Sequence record: MN850595.1
DNA length: 64,000 bases
Direction: 5' to 3' (one strand)
From: Escherichia phage naswa
Below, one piece after another: positions 53,533 through 63,253 of the stretch. Made by a program: the position numbers and the translations under genes. The stretch's first letter is position 1. The number at the start of each line of letters is the position of its first letter. Below the pieces are notes generated by a model that searched no databases, was not told the origin of the DNA, and saw only the letters and a list, made by a program, of their open reading frames with translations.

Positions 53533-55671
53533 TTATTTACTCAACGGACAACAGTCTACATTCCCAACATGTTTAACACGTTCGATAACCTCTGCTTGTT
53601 TACCTGTGTTATACGGCCTACTGTTCGGGCTGGAGAGATAGCCAGACACTCTTCGGATCACTGAGATATATTGTTCATCGTGGCATCCGCACGCAGGGCA
53701 GCAGAACCCTTTAGCTGTTGCACTGAACTCACCAGAGAAACCACACTTGAGACATTTATCCACAGGTTGGTTAATACCAAAATACATAATGTGTTTATAC
53801 CCGAAGTCAACAAGAGCCTCTAAAGCATCAAGGTTGTTTTTCAGGTTAGGTGTCTCTACGTATCCGATGTTGCCACCGGAGGAGATCATAGCAAAACCTT
53901 CCTCATACTCCCACTTATCAAAAGGAGAGCTATTGATCCATACTGGCTGATGGAAACTGTTGGTGAGATATTCATGCTCGTGCTTTAACACTTCTGGATA
54001 TTCACGATCCAGACAGGTTGCAGCTTTATAGCATAGACTCTCAGAAGGAGTGCCGTACAAGCTAAATGCTAGTCTACTTTCCTTCTTGTATCGCTCACAA
54101 GCATCTCTCATGTGCTGAAGGATTCCAAGAGCTAAAGCCTTGTCACCTTCTCTGCCCAAAATCTGACAGGTTTCATACACACCAATGTACCCAATGCTGA
54201 TGGAAGCGTACCCGTCATAGAAGAGTTTATCAATACTTTCTTCAGGATCCAGGCGAGCAAGAGCGCCTTCACACCACATGATGGGGTTCTGCCCTGCCTT
54301 TGTTCCTTTTAGACGGTTAACCCTTACAAGGTGAGCCTCGTATGCAAGATCCAAGTATTCGTCAAGAACTGCAAAGAAATCAACACCTTCCGTCTTAGCT
54401 TTTGCCGCAATCATTGGCAGGTTAAGGCTAACAACGCCTAAGTTAAATCTGCCAAGGTATTTCTCCTCGCCTGTTTCCAAGTCATTGTATTTGCTAAGAA
54501 AACTCCTGCAACCCATGCTAGTTACTTTGCCATCTGTCGAGCCTGTCACTTTTCTATTTAGTGGTACAGATACGAAGTCAGGATAGATACGTTCTGCACA
54601 GCATTCCAGAGCTAATCGTTTCAAATCATAGTTAGGATCCCCAGGGTTCATGTTGACACCCTCTTCCAGGAAGAACAGCACTTTAGGGAACACAGGTGTG
54701 ATACGTTCTTCACCAAGACCCATTTTGTGGACTTTCAGGTAGTTTTTGGTAATCATTCTACCAAAGACCGAGGTATCCAGTCCTAAACTCAATGTGATGA
54801 ATGGAGTTTGCCCGTTGACAGAAGTTAACGTGTTGATTTGATAGAGCAAAGTCTGCATGCTGTCAAATACGTCTTTATCTGTCATTTGCATTGCAACAGT
54901 TTCAGCATCCGGCAACCAATGTTCCTGGCAAAATTTAAGGTTCTTCTCATAGGTTGCTTCAGCATACTGTGCCAGATAATGATCAATATGGCTCATAGTC
55001 TGACCACCATATTGAGCACTAGCTACCGCACTAGAGATTTGGCTAAGGATTGTTGTTGCAACCCCTATTGACTTCGGCTTACTGACATGGGCGTTACCAA
55101 TGTTGAATCCGTTTTCCAACATATCTGGATAATTTACCAAACAACAGTTTGTTAACGGACTGATCAAGTAGTCAAGATCATGCACATGGATGAATCCTTT
55201 ATTGTGCTCTTCGGAGACACGGTCTGGCAGGATCTGTGTTGATGCAAGGTGTTTGCTAAGAATACCTGCAAGCAGGTCGCGATGAGTGTGTACATGATTA
55301 GTAGGCTTATTTGCGTTTTCTTTTGTAAATTCATCACAAGTTCGATCCAAGAAGCCACTAATATCTGCAAGCAGTTTTCCACCTGCCTCTCTGTTATTAT
55401 CTCTTGTCTGTCTATACTGGATGTATTCTCTGGCTGCACATTTTAAACCCATATCCATAAGAGCATCTTCAACAAGGATATGGATATTTTTTACAGAGAT
55501 CGTGCACTGGTCGGTTGGTAGATTGTTAGCAACAACTTCATTAACCGCGCAGGCGATCCGGTAAGCTTCTTCTTCAGTATGTCCAGACTCAAGTAAGGCG
55601 GACTCTGCCGCCTTGATCACCTTAATTCCGTTATAGAACTCTTCTCTACCGTCCCGTTTTACAACTTTCAC
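53533..55671 (-). CDS. nrdD: Anaerobic ribonucleoside-triphosphate reductase (class III)
   Basis: N-terminal ATP-cone MKVVKRDGREE; C-terminal Cys cluster CLKCG...CCPACGC and glycyl-radical region RRVSGY. Confidence 0.85.
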   Translation of the reverse strand: MKVVKRDGREEFYNGIKVIKAAESALLESGHTEEEAYRIACAVNEVVANNLPTDQCTISVKNIHILVEDALMDMGLKCAAREYIQYRQTRDNNREAGGKLLADISGFLDRTCDEFTKENANKPTNHVHTHRDLLAGILSKHLASTQILPDRVSEEHNKGFIHVHDLDYLISPLTNCCLVNYPDMLENGFNIGNAHVSKPKSIGVATTILSQISSAVASAQYGGQTMSHIDHYLAQYAEATYEKNLKFCQEHWLPDAETVAMQMTDKDVFDSMQTLLYQINTLTSVNGQTPFITLSLGLDTSVFGRMITKNYLKVHKMGLGEERITPVFPKVLFFLEEGVNMNPGDPNYDLKRLALECCAERIYPDFVSVPLNRKVTGSTDGKVTSMGCRSFLSKYNDLETGEEKYLGRFNLGVVSLNLPMIAAKAKTEGVDFFAVLDEYLDLAYEAHLVRVNRLKGTKAGQNPIMWCEGALARLDPEESIDKLFYDGYASISIGYIGVYETCQILGREGDKALALGILQHMRDACERYKKESRLAFSLYGTPSESLCYKAATCLDREYPEVLKHEHEYLTNSFHQPVWINSSPFDKWEYEEGFAMISSGGNIGYVETPNLKNNLDALEALVDFGYKHIMYFGINQPVDKCLKCGFSGEFSATAKGFCCPACGCHDEQYISVIRRVSGYLSSPNSRPYNTGKQAEVIERVKHVGNVDCCPLSK

Positions 55672-55946
55672 TTTTTCTCTCCAAAACCATTCTTAACAAA
55701 AGAGATGAAATCGTCGGCACCGCCTATATGGACACTGTCAAGATCGCTTTCTAAGAAGATCTGCGGCAACGTTCTGGGGACAATTGGACTGCACTTCTCA
55801 ATAAGCTCTTCTTTTGTGTAGCCCTCGCCAAGTGTCTTATATACAAAAGGCAGACCTTTGCTGATTGCAAATTCTTTTGCTCTGACACAATGTGGGCAGT
55901 TATCCTTACCGTAAATGATGATGAAAAAAGATTTTTCGCAGCTCAT
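55668..55946 (-). CDS. Glutaredoxin-like protein
   Basis: CPHC active-site motif in IIIYGKDNCPHCVRAKEF; GGGAG RBS. Confidence 0.7.
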   Translation of the reverse strand: MSCEKSFFIIIYGKDNCPHCVRAKEFAISKGLPFVYKTLGEGYTKEELIEKCSPIVPRTLPQIFLESDLDSVHIGGADDFISFVKNGFGEKK

Positions 55947-55949
55947 ATA

Positions 55950-57038
55950 TTAAAACTCCCAAATTTCTTCTTCAGCGTCGTTAACAGTTGTGTTGACGCG
56001 GTAGTCAGTGTTCGACATTTCTTGGTTCGCCGTCTGTTGTAATGAAGGTTTCATCCACACCTGCATAAACGGTAGCGGGTCCTTTGTTGGCGGCACAAAG
56101 TCTTTGTCGATGTCGTAGTAATCATAAATCGGTGAGCAGTTATAGTCAACCCACTCTTTAAGCAACGGTGAGTTAAGACCTATAATCGCTCTTCCTTCGC
56201 TGAAAATATAGTCACTCCAACCGTACTCTTTGGTTCGTACTTCATCAAGAATCTCTTTTAACTCCCCCTTTATCTCAAGGAAGCTTTTCTCCCATGCGGG
56301 ATCATTAAGCAAGATATCAATGATGGCAAAATCACCTTTCGAATGTAGCATTTCGTCAAGCATGATTTTTTGAACAAGCTGCGCCACCTGAACAAAGATA
56401 CCCTGTTCAGCTACTGCGAAAGTGCATGCAAAACTTGCAATAAACTCAATACTTTCCAGAGCTAAAAGCGCAAAAAGCGCTCTAAGAATGCATTTCCGCA
56501 CAATATCTTCTTCAACACTAGAAGGATCCAGGCGGTATTTTGCACCAATAACCTCAAGCTCTTGCATGTATTTGACAATAACGCCGGATCTGCTCAGAAC
56601 GTTTTGGTTTTCCTGAATCTCTTCTATAATCTCACGGGCATTGGGGAGGCATTGTCTAACAATCTCTGAGTAAGTTAGTGCGTGAAGAACTTCAATCTCT
56701 GACTGTTTCATCAATAGAGTGAAAAGCTCACTATTAGTGATGAATGGTGAAAAGAGGCAGATGATCGATCTTGCCGCAACGCTATCAGCCTCCCATTGCC
56801 ACATCAAGGTCTGCACCATCACGTCATAAGTTGACTTTGAGCATGTTACAAAATCTGAAATAGATTGCGACAAATCCACTTCATCCTCTGCCCAATCTTG
56901 CTCTTTTTGTTTTTTGTATAGTTCAAACAGTTGTGGATATTTTTTGTTGATAGAGTCGTACATACCCATTTGCTGTCCCAGAAACAGCGGATAGTCACCA
57001 GTTTTATGAGCGGTGTTCTCAGCATTAAATACAGCCAT
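55950..57038 (-). CDS. nrdB: Ribonucleotide reductase small (beta) subunit, class I
   Basis: Length and ferritin-like fold signature; start set to ATG after AGAGG RBS downstream of nrdA hairpin. Confidence 0.8.
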   Translation of the reverse strand: MAVFNAENTAHKTGDYPLFLGQQMGMYDSINKKYPQLFELYKKQKEQDWAEDEVDLSQSISDFVTCSKSTYDVMVQTLMWQWEADSVAARSIICLFSPFITNSELFTLLMKQSEIEVLHALTYSEIVRQCLPNAREIIEEIQENQNVLSRSGVIVKYMQELEVIGAKYRLDPSSVEEDIVRKCILRALFALLALESIEFIASFACTFAVAEQGIFVQVAQLVQKIMLDEMLHSKGDFAIIDILLNDPAWEKSFLEIKGELKEILDEVRTKEYGWSDYIFSEGRAIIGLNSPLLKEWVDYNCSPIYDYYDIDKDFVPPTKDPLPFMQVWMKPSLQQTANQEMSNTDYRVNTTVNDAEEEIWEF

Positions 57039-57049
57039 TATTCTACCTC

Positions 57050-57070
57050 TAAAATGGGGCCGAAGCCCCT
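57050..57070 (-). terminator. Intercistronic hairpin or attenuator between nrdA and nrdB (minus strand)
   Basis: GGGGC-ttcg-GCCCC followed by ATTTT on minus strand. Confidence 0.45.
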
Positions 57071-57076
57071 TTAAAA

Positions 57077-59392
57077 TTATAGTGCACAGCTTTCGCAATA
57101 CGGATCTTCAACTGAACTATCTGCAATCAAAGGATAGTTCTTTCTGGTTTCATCTTCAGCCTGTTTCTTGGCATGAAGTTCCTCTGCCAAGGAGTCACCA
57201 GCACCAACCCTAGAGTTTAAATAATACCATGTCTTCATCCCGAATTTAGTGGCACGGATAAGGTACCCTAACTGCTCCTTCATTGAAATTTTACCATCTT
57301 TCAACTTGGTGTAGTCTATGTATAAATCCGCGCTGATTGCCTGACCTGTGAATTTTTGAATCACGGCATACATATCGATCATGTCGTTAGTATCAACGTC
57401 CCAAGCCGAGGTGTAATACTCTTTCAACTCATCATAGTCAGGAACGATAAACAGCACCTGCCCTTGTGGCGACTTTTTAAAGATAATGTGCTCACGGACA
57501 GGATAAACCCCGTTAGTGGTGTTTGTTGCCAGCGAAGAGCTTTCATTAGGCATATATGCTTCAAGAACGCTATTACGTAGCCCACCATTCTCAATGATTT
57601 CTTTACGTAACCCTTCCCAATCCTGTTTAAGAGAAGGATCTTTCACCACGCTATCGACCTCTTTGTTATAGGTGTCGATTGGTAACCAACCTTCTGGATA
57701 TTTTGTTTTATGCATCCACTCGCAGACACCACGCTCTTTTGCCAACCGTAAACTTGCCTTATGCAAGCTGTAGCTGTGAAGTTCTGCAAGATCGTGAACA
57801 AGCTGTTTACTTTCAGGAGACCCGTAAGTAACCTTATGGCTGGCAATAAAATGTGCAACATTGGTAAGGCCAACCCCGATGGATCTGCGTTTTTTAACTG
57901 TGCTTTCCATATTTTCATACGGATATGTCATGATTTCCATAACATTGTCAATCATAAGCACCGTATAGTATGCAACATCCTCATACTCCTCTGGAGTAAC
58001 CCTCCCAGCTACAAGAGATGACAGGAAGCACAATGCAACCTCACCATCATCAACATCGTACTTGAAGATATTACGCATATCTGAATAGCCTTTTGTCGGG
58101 AGGGCTATTTCTGCACACAGGTTGCTTGAATAGATCACATCTTTAAAAGGTGTATGTCTATTCATCTCATCTGTCCAGTATACGTACAGCCTTCCCACCT
58201 CAGTACGCTGCGTGATCAGCTCAACAGCAAGATCTCTAGCCCGGATCCATGTCTTAGGAATACTGTCATCTTTAGCAATACGCTCAACCTCTGCATCGAA
58301 CTCCTCCATAGACATGGTGAAGATACCCTCATGCAGTTGAGGAGCGTGCTTATAAGAAACAAGCATCCAATCTAAATTCTTAGCCACACGGTTGATAAAC
58401 GACCTATTAATACCGATGGAGTAGTCCATGGTGTTGATTCTTTTTGAAGCAACAGTCATAGGGTTTCTCAAACGGATTAGCTCATCAATCTGCGGGTCCA
58501 GTGCAAGGAATGATACTGTTGCAGAACCGCCACGTGATTGTTGTCTGTTCTCCTTAACACCAGCATCAATACCTCGATAATATGGAATCTTACCCATGTG
58601 TTTAATAGTGTTACCGCGAACACCATCACCTGCAGATCTTGATGATAAATAGTAGCCGATACCTGCTTGGTTAACCGTCATTGTGTACGCAACTTCACGT
58701 GCCACACCAATAGATTTTGCTGTATCGTCAGCTTTTATTACACAACAAGATGCATACCCTGTCTTACCTGTGCGCAGCCCGTTTAAGTACGGTGTCGGGG
58801 CATTGATCTTTAAGTCGGACAGATAAGTGTATAATTTTACAACATCGTTGATACGACGTTCTTTCGGCATATTCTTCATGACAGCCATTGCTATCCCCAT
58901 AAACATCATCTGGGGAGATTCAAACAAGGTGTCTTTAAGAGTATCCTTGATCCCGTATTTGTCGCGAAACTGTTTAAGGACTGCATAGCCATAACCGAGA
59001 TCTTTACTGTGGTCAATAACAGCGTCTAAAGTGTTTAGCTCGGTAAAGCTATATCCCATATCCTCCCAATACCCTTTCTCAACCATGTCGTTGTAAAATG
59101 ATGGTAAGGAAGGGATCTTTGTAAACCCTCCAAAAGCCTCTTTATAAATCTGACCAATAAGAACACGACCAGCCATACGGGAATGTGCTTCGTCTTTACG
59201 GCTAACACAGGAGTCTATGATAGCTTGGTTAACTTCTTTGGTTGTACATCCATCATACAGTCGTTTGTATGCATCCAGTGCAATATGTGACCAATTGCCG
59301 TTACCGTCGTCACCGAAAATAGCTGCCTTATTTAAACGTTCTGGATCGAATGCCACTTCACATCCGTTGCTTTTAATTACCTTGGTGATCAA
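57077..59392 (-). CDS. nrdA: Ribonucleotide reductase large (alpha) subunit, class I
   Basis: ATP-cone start ITKVIKSNG; active-site region SSNLCAEIALPT; C-terminal CESCAL; TTG start after GGAGGAAG RBS. Confidence 0.85.
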   Translation of the reverse strand: MITKVIKSNGCEVAFDPERLNKAAIFGDDGNGNWSHIALDAYKRLYDGCTTKEVNQAIIDSCVSRKDEAHSRMAGRVLIGQIYKEAFGGFTKIPSLPSFYNDMVEKGYWEDMGYSFTELNTLDAVIDHSKDLGYGYAVLKQFRDKYGIKDTLKDTLFESPQMMFMGIAMAVMKNMPKERRINDVVKLYTYLSDLKINAPTPYLNGLRTGKTGYASCCVIKADDTAKSIGVAREVAYTMTVNQAGIGYYLSSRSAGDGVRGNTIKHMGKIPYYRGIDAGVKENRQQSRGGSATVSFLALDPQIDELIRLRNPMTVASKRINTMDYSIGINRSFINRVAKNLDWMLVSYKHAPQLHEGIFTMSMEEFDAEVERIAKDDSIPKTWIRARDLAVELITQRTEVGRLYVYWTDEMNRHTPFKDVIYSSNLCAEIALPTKGYSDMRNIFKYDVDDGEVALCFLSSLVAGRVTPEEYEDVAYYTVLMIDNVMEIMTYPYENMESTVKKRRSIGVGLTNVAHFIASHKVTYGSPESKQLVHDLAELHSYSLHKASLRLAKERGVCEWMHKTKYPEGWLPIDTYNKEVDSVVKDPSLKQDWEGLRKEIIENGGLRNSVLEAYMPNESSSLATNTTNGVYPVREHIIFKKSPQGQVLFIVPDYDELKEYYTSAWDVDTNDMIDMYAVIQKFTGQAISADLYIDYTKLKDGKISMKEQLGYLIRATKFGMKTWYYLNSRVGAGDSLAEELHAKKQAEDETRKNYPLIADSSVEDPYCESCAL

Positions 59393-59619
59393 TTTGCTTC
59401 CTCCACTTCATCAACGTATTTATCAAGGCAGGTATCAGTATCTTGCTGGATAAAGGTATCCTCTTCTACAGAGATATTTATAATTTTGCCTGTATACTCG
59501 TCATAATAAACATCATCATACATTTTAATATCGTTTGTCAGGCCGTTGAACCAAAGCCAACCAACATACTCTGACCGACTTGCAAAACCAAGATCCTTCC
59601 ACTTGGAGTTATGACTCAT
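59389..59619 (-). CDS. Hypothetical protein
   Basis: Start set to ATG after AAGGTGGTGA RBS. Confidence 0.45.
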   Translation of the reverse strand: MSHNSKWKDLGFASRSEYVGWLWFNGLTNDIKMYDDVYYDEYTGKIINISVEEDTFIQQDTDTCLDKYVDEVEEAN

Positions 59620-59629
59620 CTTCACCACC

Positions 59630-60130
59630 TTAGCTTTCAATACCGAATAATTTTTCCAGGCGATGCAGATCTTCAAAATTGAAAGGTTCATCAACAATAT
59701 GAATATCTTCAGCCTTTTCAGATTGTTTTGTATACTTTCTTACATTAACACGATCCTCTACAGGAATATCATACGGAAGATCTTGAACAAGCATTGCCTC
59801 ACCAGGTGCTTTATCCACATCTAAAATATCTACACCGTTATACATTTGCGGGTATCTAAAGTCTGCACGCATGACACCAGCAAATACATCTGCCTTTCGA
59901 TAATGTGTTGGCTTATTTTTGCATCGAACGTTTTTTCCACGAAGAACATCAATACTTTTTAAATCAAACCCTACGGCAAAGAGTGCAGCTCGGAGACCGT
60001 TTCGTGTGCGAACGTTAAACCCGGGAACGGTAGATAGGAAATCCAAAGTAACTGAAATAAATGTCTTTTTAGGAATCATAACATTACTCATATCTGTCTC
60101 CATTTCTGGCTCACCAACAAAGTGAGCCAT
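59630..60130 (-). CDS. Hypothetical protein
   Basis: 166 aa ORF. Confidence 0.5.
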   Translation of the reverse strand: MAHFVGEPEMETDMSNVMIPKKTFISVTLDFLSTVPGFNVRTRNGLRAALFAVGFDLKSIDVLRGKNVRCKNKPTHYRKADVFAGVMRADFRYPQMYNGVDILDVDKAPGEAMLVQDLPYDIPVEDRVNVRKYTKQSEKAEDIHIVDEPFNFEDLHRLEKLFGIES

Positions 60131-60189
60131 TATTATAGATTATCTAATACTATTAGTCAACACAAAAGTTACCTATCGCTGTGATAGGA

Positions 60190-61173
60190 TTAACCTTTTA
60201 CGAAGTGGTTATTAAGCAGTTGTCTGTGCTGAACCCACCCACAAAAGTTGGCAGACCAGAATTTACCATCACGGTCTTGATGGGTTACACCTTCCTGCCA
60301 AGTACTGATGTCTTGTGTGATTTCACATGAAGACAGGTAGTAGTTTAAACGTTCCATTGCGTTATCGTGATCCATAGGTGTTGCCTGGTGCTCGTAAGGG
60401 CTTGCATGAATACGATCCCCACCAATCAATTTTTTAGCCACACTGTCTGCCTTTTCAAACGTGCTGTCAATATTTCGATAAGATACTTGTGCACAGCAAC
60501 TAGCACTGATAGACAGAGCTTCTTTAGTATCGAGAATGCAGAGCTTTCCTTCTGTGTCACGTACAGCGTAGTTAAACTCCCCGTCCAAATAAACGTGCTC
60601 TACATATGGAGTGTGCCATTGACCCGGTTTAAGGATTTCAGGAGTGCTATTCACAAGAGCCTCCCACATACAATTAGCTAACATCTGAATCGTAGGATCC
60701 GCATCGTGCCAGCAACGGAGGTGGAAAAAATTATTCCACTCGGTGCTTGTTACAACTGTTTTCATGCGCTGAAAAGGCTCCACTAAGCGGTTACATACTT
60801 GCTTATGGTAACCAGCAAGGGCAAACTTCTCTGCATGCCAAGCGGCGTTTTTTGCAGCTTCTTTCCAAAACTCTTCCGGAGTTAGCTCCATATCAGTGTA
60901 CTCTACACGGATCTTTTGATCGTGTTCCCCACCATCTTCCATTCCTCGCTTATTTACACCGAAGCGAACTGGCATTGCCGGATTCTCCACAATCTGTTGC
61001 AGCATCTTTCCGACAGGCACTGCACGGGAAGACATGGCGTTTCGGCTGAACACTCGGTGCGTCATAAGCTCTGAGTGAATAATTCGAGGATACTCTAGCT
61101 CAAAAGTGGTGATGCGCTTACCTTTCTCGGAAATGCTGTCAGCAATGATCTTTGCAGTGCACAGTTTTAGCAT
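60190..61173 (-). CDS. ThyX-family (flavin-dependent thymidylate synthase-like) protein with C-terminal extension
   Basis: FELEYPRIIHSELMTHRVFSRNAMSSRA aligns with the ThyX RHR...S.R signature (first Arg replaced by Thr); AAGGAGAG RBS. Confidence 0.6.
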   Translation of the reverse strand: MLKLCTAKIIADSISEKGKRITTFELEYPRIIHSELMTHRVFSRNAMSSRAVPVGKMLQQIVENPAMPVRFGVNKRGMEDGGEHDQKIRVEYTDMELTPEEFWKEAAKNAAWHAEKFALAGYHKQVCNRLVEPFQRMKTVVTSTEWNNFFHLRCWHDADPTIQMLANCMWEALVNSTPEILKPGQWHTPYVEHVYLDGEFNYAVRDTEGKLCILDTKEALSISASCCAQVSYRNIDSTFEKADSVAKKLIGGDRIHASPYEHQATPMDHDNAMERLNYYLSSCEITQDISTWQEGVTHQDRDGKFWSANFCGWVQHRQLLNNHFVKG

Positions 61174-61373
61174 TATTTAGCTCTCCTTGTCTTAATTTTG
61201 GAAATTTCGTCTGGGTTTATGTTGGCCTTAAATGCAAGGTATCTGTTGAACATATCGGAGCACATGTCTTGGGTGATCCTGGAGGCATACACCAGCTTAC
61301 CTCCCAGATCATACACCTCTAGCCAGTCACCGTATCTGACTACAGGATCGCCACCTTTAGAACATCTGCCCAT
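61173..61373 (-). CDS. Hypothetical protein
   Basis: 66 aa ORF. Confidence 0.45.
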   Translation of the reverse strand: MGRCSKGGDPVVRYGDWLEVYDLGGKLVYASRITQDMCSDMFNRYLAFKANINPDEISKIKTRRAK

Positions 61374-61374
61374 T

Positions 61375-61968
61375 TCAAATACCTTCTAAAAACTTTCCTA
61401 TTTTATACCAGCTATTAGCGGTATAGTCAACACTGACCTTTAACTCCTCAAATTGCTCATAAGGCGTATCTTTTAGGATTTTAATAACTTCAGGGCGTGA
61501 AGCGAATTGGTTCAGGTATTCATGCCTGTCGTCAATTATAACATCTACAGCCACATTTCCCTTGAAATGCGTGGCGTAGAAGCCGTGACCCTGGGTGTGA
61601 TCGTCCAGATCCATAAAATCACTAGTCCAACGCTTTAAGAACCTTGATTTAGATGCAAGGTGACCTTTCTTGCATACCGAGATAAATGCAAGCTTGTGAC
61701 CACGAGCCACCAAATCTTTCATAACCTCAATAGCCCCATCTTCAGGCTTAAGAAAGTCGTAGAGGAACGGGTCACTCCAGAAATCAAAAGGCCCTATGAT
61801 GTTTTCTTTGGGGCGATCAGGCCAATACTTTGACAGATCGTAATACATTAACCCATTAGAAGGTTTAGTGACTGTCTTACTGGCTGGACCATATAAACGC
61901 TCCAACCACTCCCACCATGCTGTTCCTGAATCTACCAGTGTCAAATCTACATCAATACCGATTAACAT
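61375..61968 (-). CDS. HAD-superfamily hydrolase, putative 5'(3')-deoxyribonucleotidase
   Basis: N-terminal DxDxT motif IGIDVDLTLVD. Confidence 0.45.
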   Translation of the reverse strand: MLIGIDVDLTLVDSGTAWWEWLERLYGPASKTVTKPSNGLMYYDLSKYWPDRPKENIIGPFDFWSDPFLYDFLKPEDGAIEVMKDLVARGHKLAFISVCKKGHLASKSRFLKRWTSDFMDLDDHTQGHGFYATHFKGNVAVDVIIDDRHEYLNQFASRPEVIKILKDTPYEQFEELKVSVDYTANSWYKIGKFLEGI

Positions 61969-62579
61969 TCTTCTTGGGCCTCTTTAGCATCAATATACTT
62001 GCACACAATCTCCGATGCACATTCCCAAGGTGCACCTTCAGGGTTTACAACATCGAACTCAATTCCTTTTATTCCGTTCTTTTCCAGACTTAGATAGGTT
62101 CTGGAATCATTTCCCCAGTCATATCCGACACGGTGAATACGGAACAACAACAGATCTCCACCTGTGCTGTACGCGTACTCGCTAAGGCATGCCAGCTCCT
62201 CTTTGAATCCACCATCGGAGTAAACAACAACCCCTTTACCTTTAGGGAAATCTTTCTTCAAAGATGCGACTGCGGCTTTACCGAAAGCATCTTCACCAAA
62301 GATAGGTTTAATCAGATTTTCACTACAATGGATCATCCATTCTCGCGGAGAAACATGCTTACCGTCTATCATTAAGAAAGGGCAAGGCTCTTCTTTGTAG
62401 TGGCGGTCATAAAGTGCATTCCAGAGTTGAGGAGTTACACCAGCTGCCTTAATTGCCACACTGAAGAGCATCTCCTTAACCTCACGGTGGTGTGAGTTAG
62501 GAATAGCTTCCAACAAGAGATCTGCAATGTGATCCTTACCACTGCTGGGTGGGGCGTTAAGAACAATAATATCCATCAA
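61962..62579 (-). CDS. Deoxynucleoside monophosphate kinase-like protein
   Basis: P-loop-like APPSSGKDHIADLL resembles T4 gene 1 dNMP kinase GVKRSGKDTTADFI. Confidence 0.55.
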   Translation of the reverse strand: MMDIIVLNAPPSSGKDHIADLLLEAIPNSHHREVKEMLFSVAIKAAGVTPQLWNALYDRHYKEEPCPFLMIDGKHVSPREWMIHCSENLIKPIFGEDAFGKAAVASLKKDFPKGKGVVVYSDGGFKEELACLSEYAYSTGGDLLLFRIHRVGYDWGNDSRTYLSLEKNGIKGIEFDVVNPEGAPWECASEIVCKYIDAKEAQEEC

Positions 62580-62779
62580 AAACCTCCGTGGTATTCTTCA
62601 ACTGCATCAATAATACTTTTACACTTATCTACCAGCTCGTTAGCCACTACAGCATCGTCTTCCCAAACAGCTTCCTCGATCTGATCAAGCAATGATCGCA
62701 TCTTACCCATCATTTCTGGGATAAAGTCTTCTGAAAAGCTGTCTGGAATTGTTAACTTTAGTGTCATTGCGTTCTCCAA
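62576..62779 (-). CDS. Hypothetical acidic protein
   Basis: 67 aa ORF, ATGA overlap. Confidence 0.45.
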   Translation of the reverse strand: MENAMTLKLTIPDSFSEDFIPEMMGKMRSLLDQIEEAVWEDDAVVANELVDKCKSIIDAVEEYHGGF

Positions 62780-62794
62780 TCATACTATGCGTTA

Positions 62795-63253
62795 TTAGAA
62801 GTTTGTTTTTACACGTCCCTTTTCATCAACCTCGTTGTTGGCTAGAAGCGTTACAAAGTCTGTGAAACGGACATGAAGAACTCTTTTCTTATCAAGGTAT
62901 CCTAAAGCCACCCCTGAGAAATTTAGCATCAAAGGGGCTAAAGAAGCTCTGGCACTGAAATGCTGTTGTTCTACCCTTCCAACACCCTTAGTGTAGGATG
63001 GGTTAAGATTGTAAGTTCTGAATCCCAGTTTTGTTGGAGCTTTAGAATTAAAAACAACTTTATAGCGTTTCTTACTCAACTTATGCTCCAGGATAAGCAT
63101 TCCCTTATCACCCTTGATAAGTTGAAAATCTGTAAAGTGCTCTTTTAATACGAAAGGTAGTGCCAGTCCCATCGCCTGCCCCCTTTGTACCGCTGTCTCA
63201 CCAAAAGCTTTTGCATCAGTAAGTTCTTTGGTCAAGTCTATGCTTTTGATCAT
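62795..63253 (-). CDS. Hypothetical protein
   Basis: 152 aa ORF overlapping methyltransferase 3' end. Confidence 0.45.
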   Translation of the reverse strand: MIKSIDLTKELTDAKAFGETAVQRGQAMGLALPFVLKEHFTDFQLIKGDKGMLILEHKLSKKRYKVVFNSKAPTKLGFRTYNLNPSYTKGVGRVEQQHFSARASLAPLMLNFSGVALGYLDKKRVLHVRFTDFVTLLANNEVDEKGRVKTNF

